Part shown: in pieces, positions 62,820 through 64,000 of the stretch | How the letters are laid out: every line of letters starts with the position of its first letter | Position numbering within the stretch: the stretch's first letter is position 1 | Origin: Schizochytrium sp. TIO01 | Taxonomy: Eukaryota > Protista > Bigyra: Labyrinthulomycetes | Assembly (NCBI GenBank): GCA_004764695.1 | Contig: SMSO01000025.1 | Location: forward strand, 1,054,001-1,118,000 | Direction of reading: 5' to 3' | DNA: 64,000 bases | The notes under the pieces: model-generated | What the model saw: only the letters and a program-made list of their open reading frames with translations | Databases searched by the model: none | Told to the model about the DNA's origin: nothing | Program-made: the position numbers and the translations under genes

Positions 62820-63752
62820 ATGGGAGTCAAGCGAGCACGCGTGGAGGCCAGTGAGCGACTCGAGCAGCTGCTTGCGGTCTGCGCAGAAGAACAGGCCCGC
62901 CAGGAAGAGGTTCACGTGCAAAAGGTCGCAGAGCAGAAGGACAAGCTCCGCGCTACTCTGGAACAGATCGGCGACCGCGAGCTGACCACAACACAGGCTG
63001 TGTTGGCCATGTCATACAAGGAGCGCGAAGTGGTGTTCCGTGCCGTCCTCGAACGCAACGAGGAGGTTGTTGAGAACATGTTGAAGAACTGTGTCAAGAC
63101 CGGCGAGGCCCTTAAGGACAGCCCCATCGTCGCAACTGTTGTCGGTAGGCAGATGGAATCCATCCGCGCTCTGAGCTGGGTTCTTGTGGCACACCTCGCA
63201 ACCATGTGCGGTATCCTCCGCAGCACCAAGGACGAGGCAGCCTCGCTCCGCCACGTCGCAAACGTTATCAAGGCCGAGATTAAGCGTATGGGTTCTGCCA
63301 AGCTCGTCTTTGATATGCTTCAGATCCTCATCCGTGACCTTGACGCCGCCCTTGCCAAAGCCCAGATTCACCTCCTTGTTGGCACCGTTCAGGACGCCGC
63401 CAAGCGCAGCTTCGGCATCATCAAACGCGGTATTGCATCCGCAGACAATGCTTCCCACGCTGATGATGGACGCTCTGAGGTTTCGGACAAGACTGAGACC
63501 CACGTTACTGACACAGCATCTACAACTTCTTCTGTTTCTGGAGCCGAGAAGCGCCGCGCCAGCGCCATTGAAGGATTCCGTATTAGCCGCCCCGAGCAAC
63601 TCGCCGACCTCCTTAACTGTGTGGAGAGGTCCAAGAAGCGCCAGAGGCAGCGCGAAGTCATCCACGACTTCTCGCTCCCTTCCACAGCTGCGCTCCTCGG
63701 ACGCCTCACGAGGGCCGAGCCTGCTACCGCTGCGGCTCCCGCAACTCCGTAA
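62820..63752 (+). CDS. Hypothetical helical protein, 310 aa, strong codon bias
   Basis: First in-frame ATG at 62820 (aagATGGGA); C/G-ending codon usage like RPL37A; amphipathic helices; basic NLS-like stretches KRAR and KKRQRQR; no family recognised. Confidence 0.88.
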   Translation: MGVKRARVEASERLEQLLAVCAEEQARQEEVHVQKVAEQKDKLRATLEQIGDRELTTTQAVLAMSYKEREVVFRAVLERNEEVVENMLKNCVKTGEALKDSPIVATVVGRQMESIRALSWVLVAHLATMCGILRSTKDEAASLRHVANVIKAEIKRMGSAKLVFDMLQILIRDLDAALAKAQIHLLVGTVQDAAKRSFGIIKRGIASADNASHADDGRSEVSDKTETHVTDTASTTSSVSGAEKRRASAIEGFRISRPEQLADLLNCVERSKKRQRQREVIHDFSLPSTAALLGRLTRAEPATAAAPATP

Positions 63753-64000
63753 ATACAACACACAAGATAGAAATGACAGATGTGATTGAATCAACTACGC
63801 GATGGGCACAGCAGAATGCAGTGCCAAAACGCTCCATCCTTTGCATTGAAATTTCTACATTTTCACTCACACGCTTACAAAGTACTCCTCTCATGTTGCA
63901 TAGTATTCCTTCTCAAGACACTCAGATGTCTCCCCTGTAGCTGACGCTGTTTTCCTTCTCTTTCCTTTGATGATTTGATGTTCACCTGACTAACTGATGA

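Noticed and set aside
63012-63794. 260-aa antisense ORF and other overlapping ORFs
   Set aside because: Shadows of the codon-biased plus-strand gene.
63968-64000. TGATGA...CTGA, resembling C/D snoRNA boxes
   Set aside because: Boxes are too close together and the sequence is truncated at the window edge; cannot be supported.
1-64000. tRNA, rRNA and spliceosomal snRNA genes
   Set aside because: No cloverleaf with a T-loop (GTTCGA) context and no U1/U2/U5/U6/5S signature found by eye; tRNAscan-SE and Infernal would be needed to exclude them.

Overview
Eukaryotic nuclear DNA. The mostly intronless long genes, the ATG-only first exon of a ribosomal protein gene and the microsatellite-rich intergenic DNA suggest a stramenopile protist such as a thraustochytrid; this is inference only. 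The left half (3-31.5 kb) holds six credible genes: RPL37A/eL43 (two exons, not in the ORF track), an SH3/coiled-coil protein, a TBC Rab-GAP, a TM + F-box-like gene split into two frames, a 2-TM protein with a PH-like domain, and a PH-IQ-DysF-PH-VASt protein. About 31 kb without a credible gene follows, then an orphan gene with strong codon bias at 62.8 kb. The best lead is the F-box-like gene: its 365-codon ORF1 stops at CCC-TGA and the protein continues in the +1 frame for 643 more codons. This is a candidate programmed +1 frameshift; a 1-nt assembly error is the main alternative. Other leads are the TM-less PH-IQ-DysF-PH-VASt architecture, a disabled ORF whose four lesions are all third-position A for G, a hairpin-dense RP intron, CHR-like and AGGTA motif clusters, and two AT-rich decayed relics. 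I recognised no tRNA, rRNA or CRISPR array. All domain calls are by eye.
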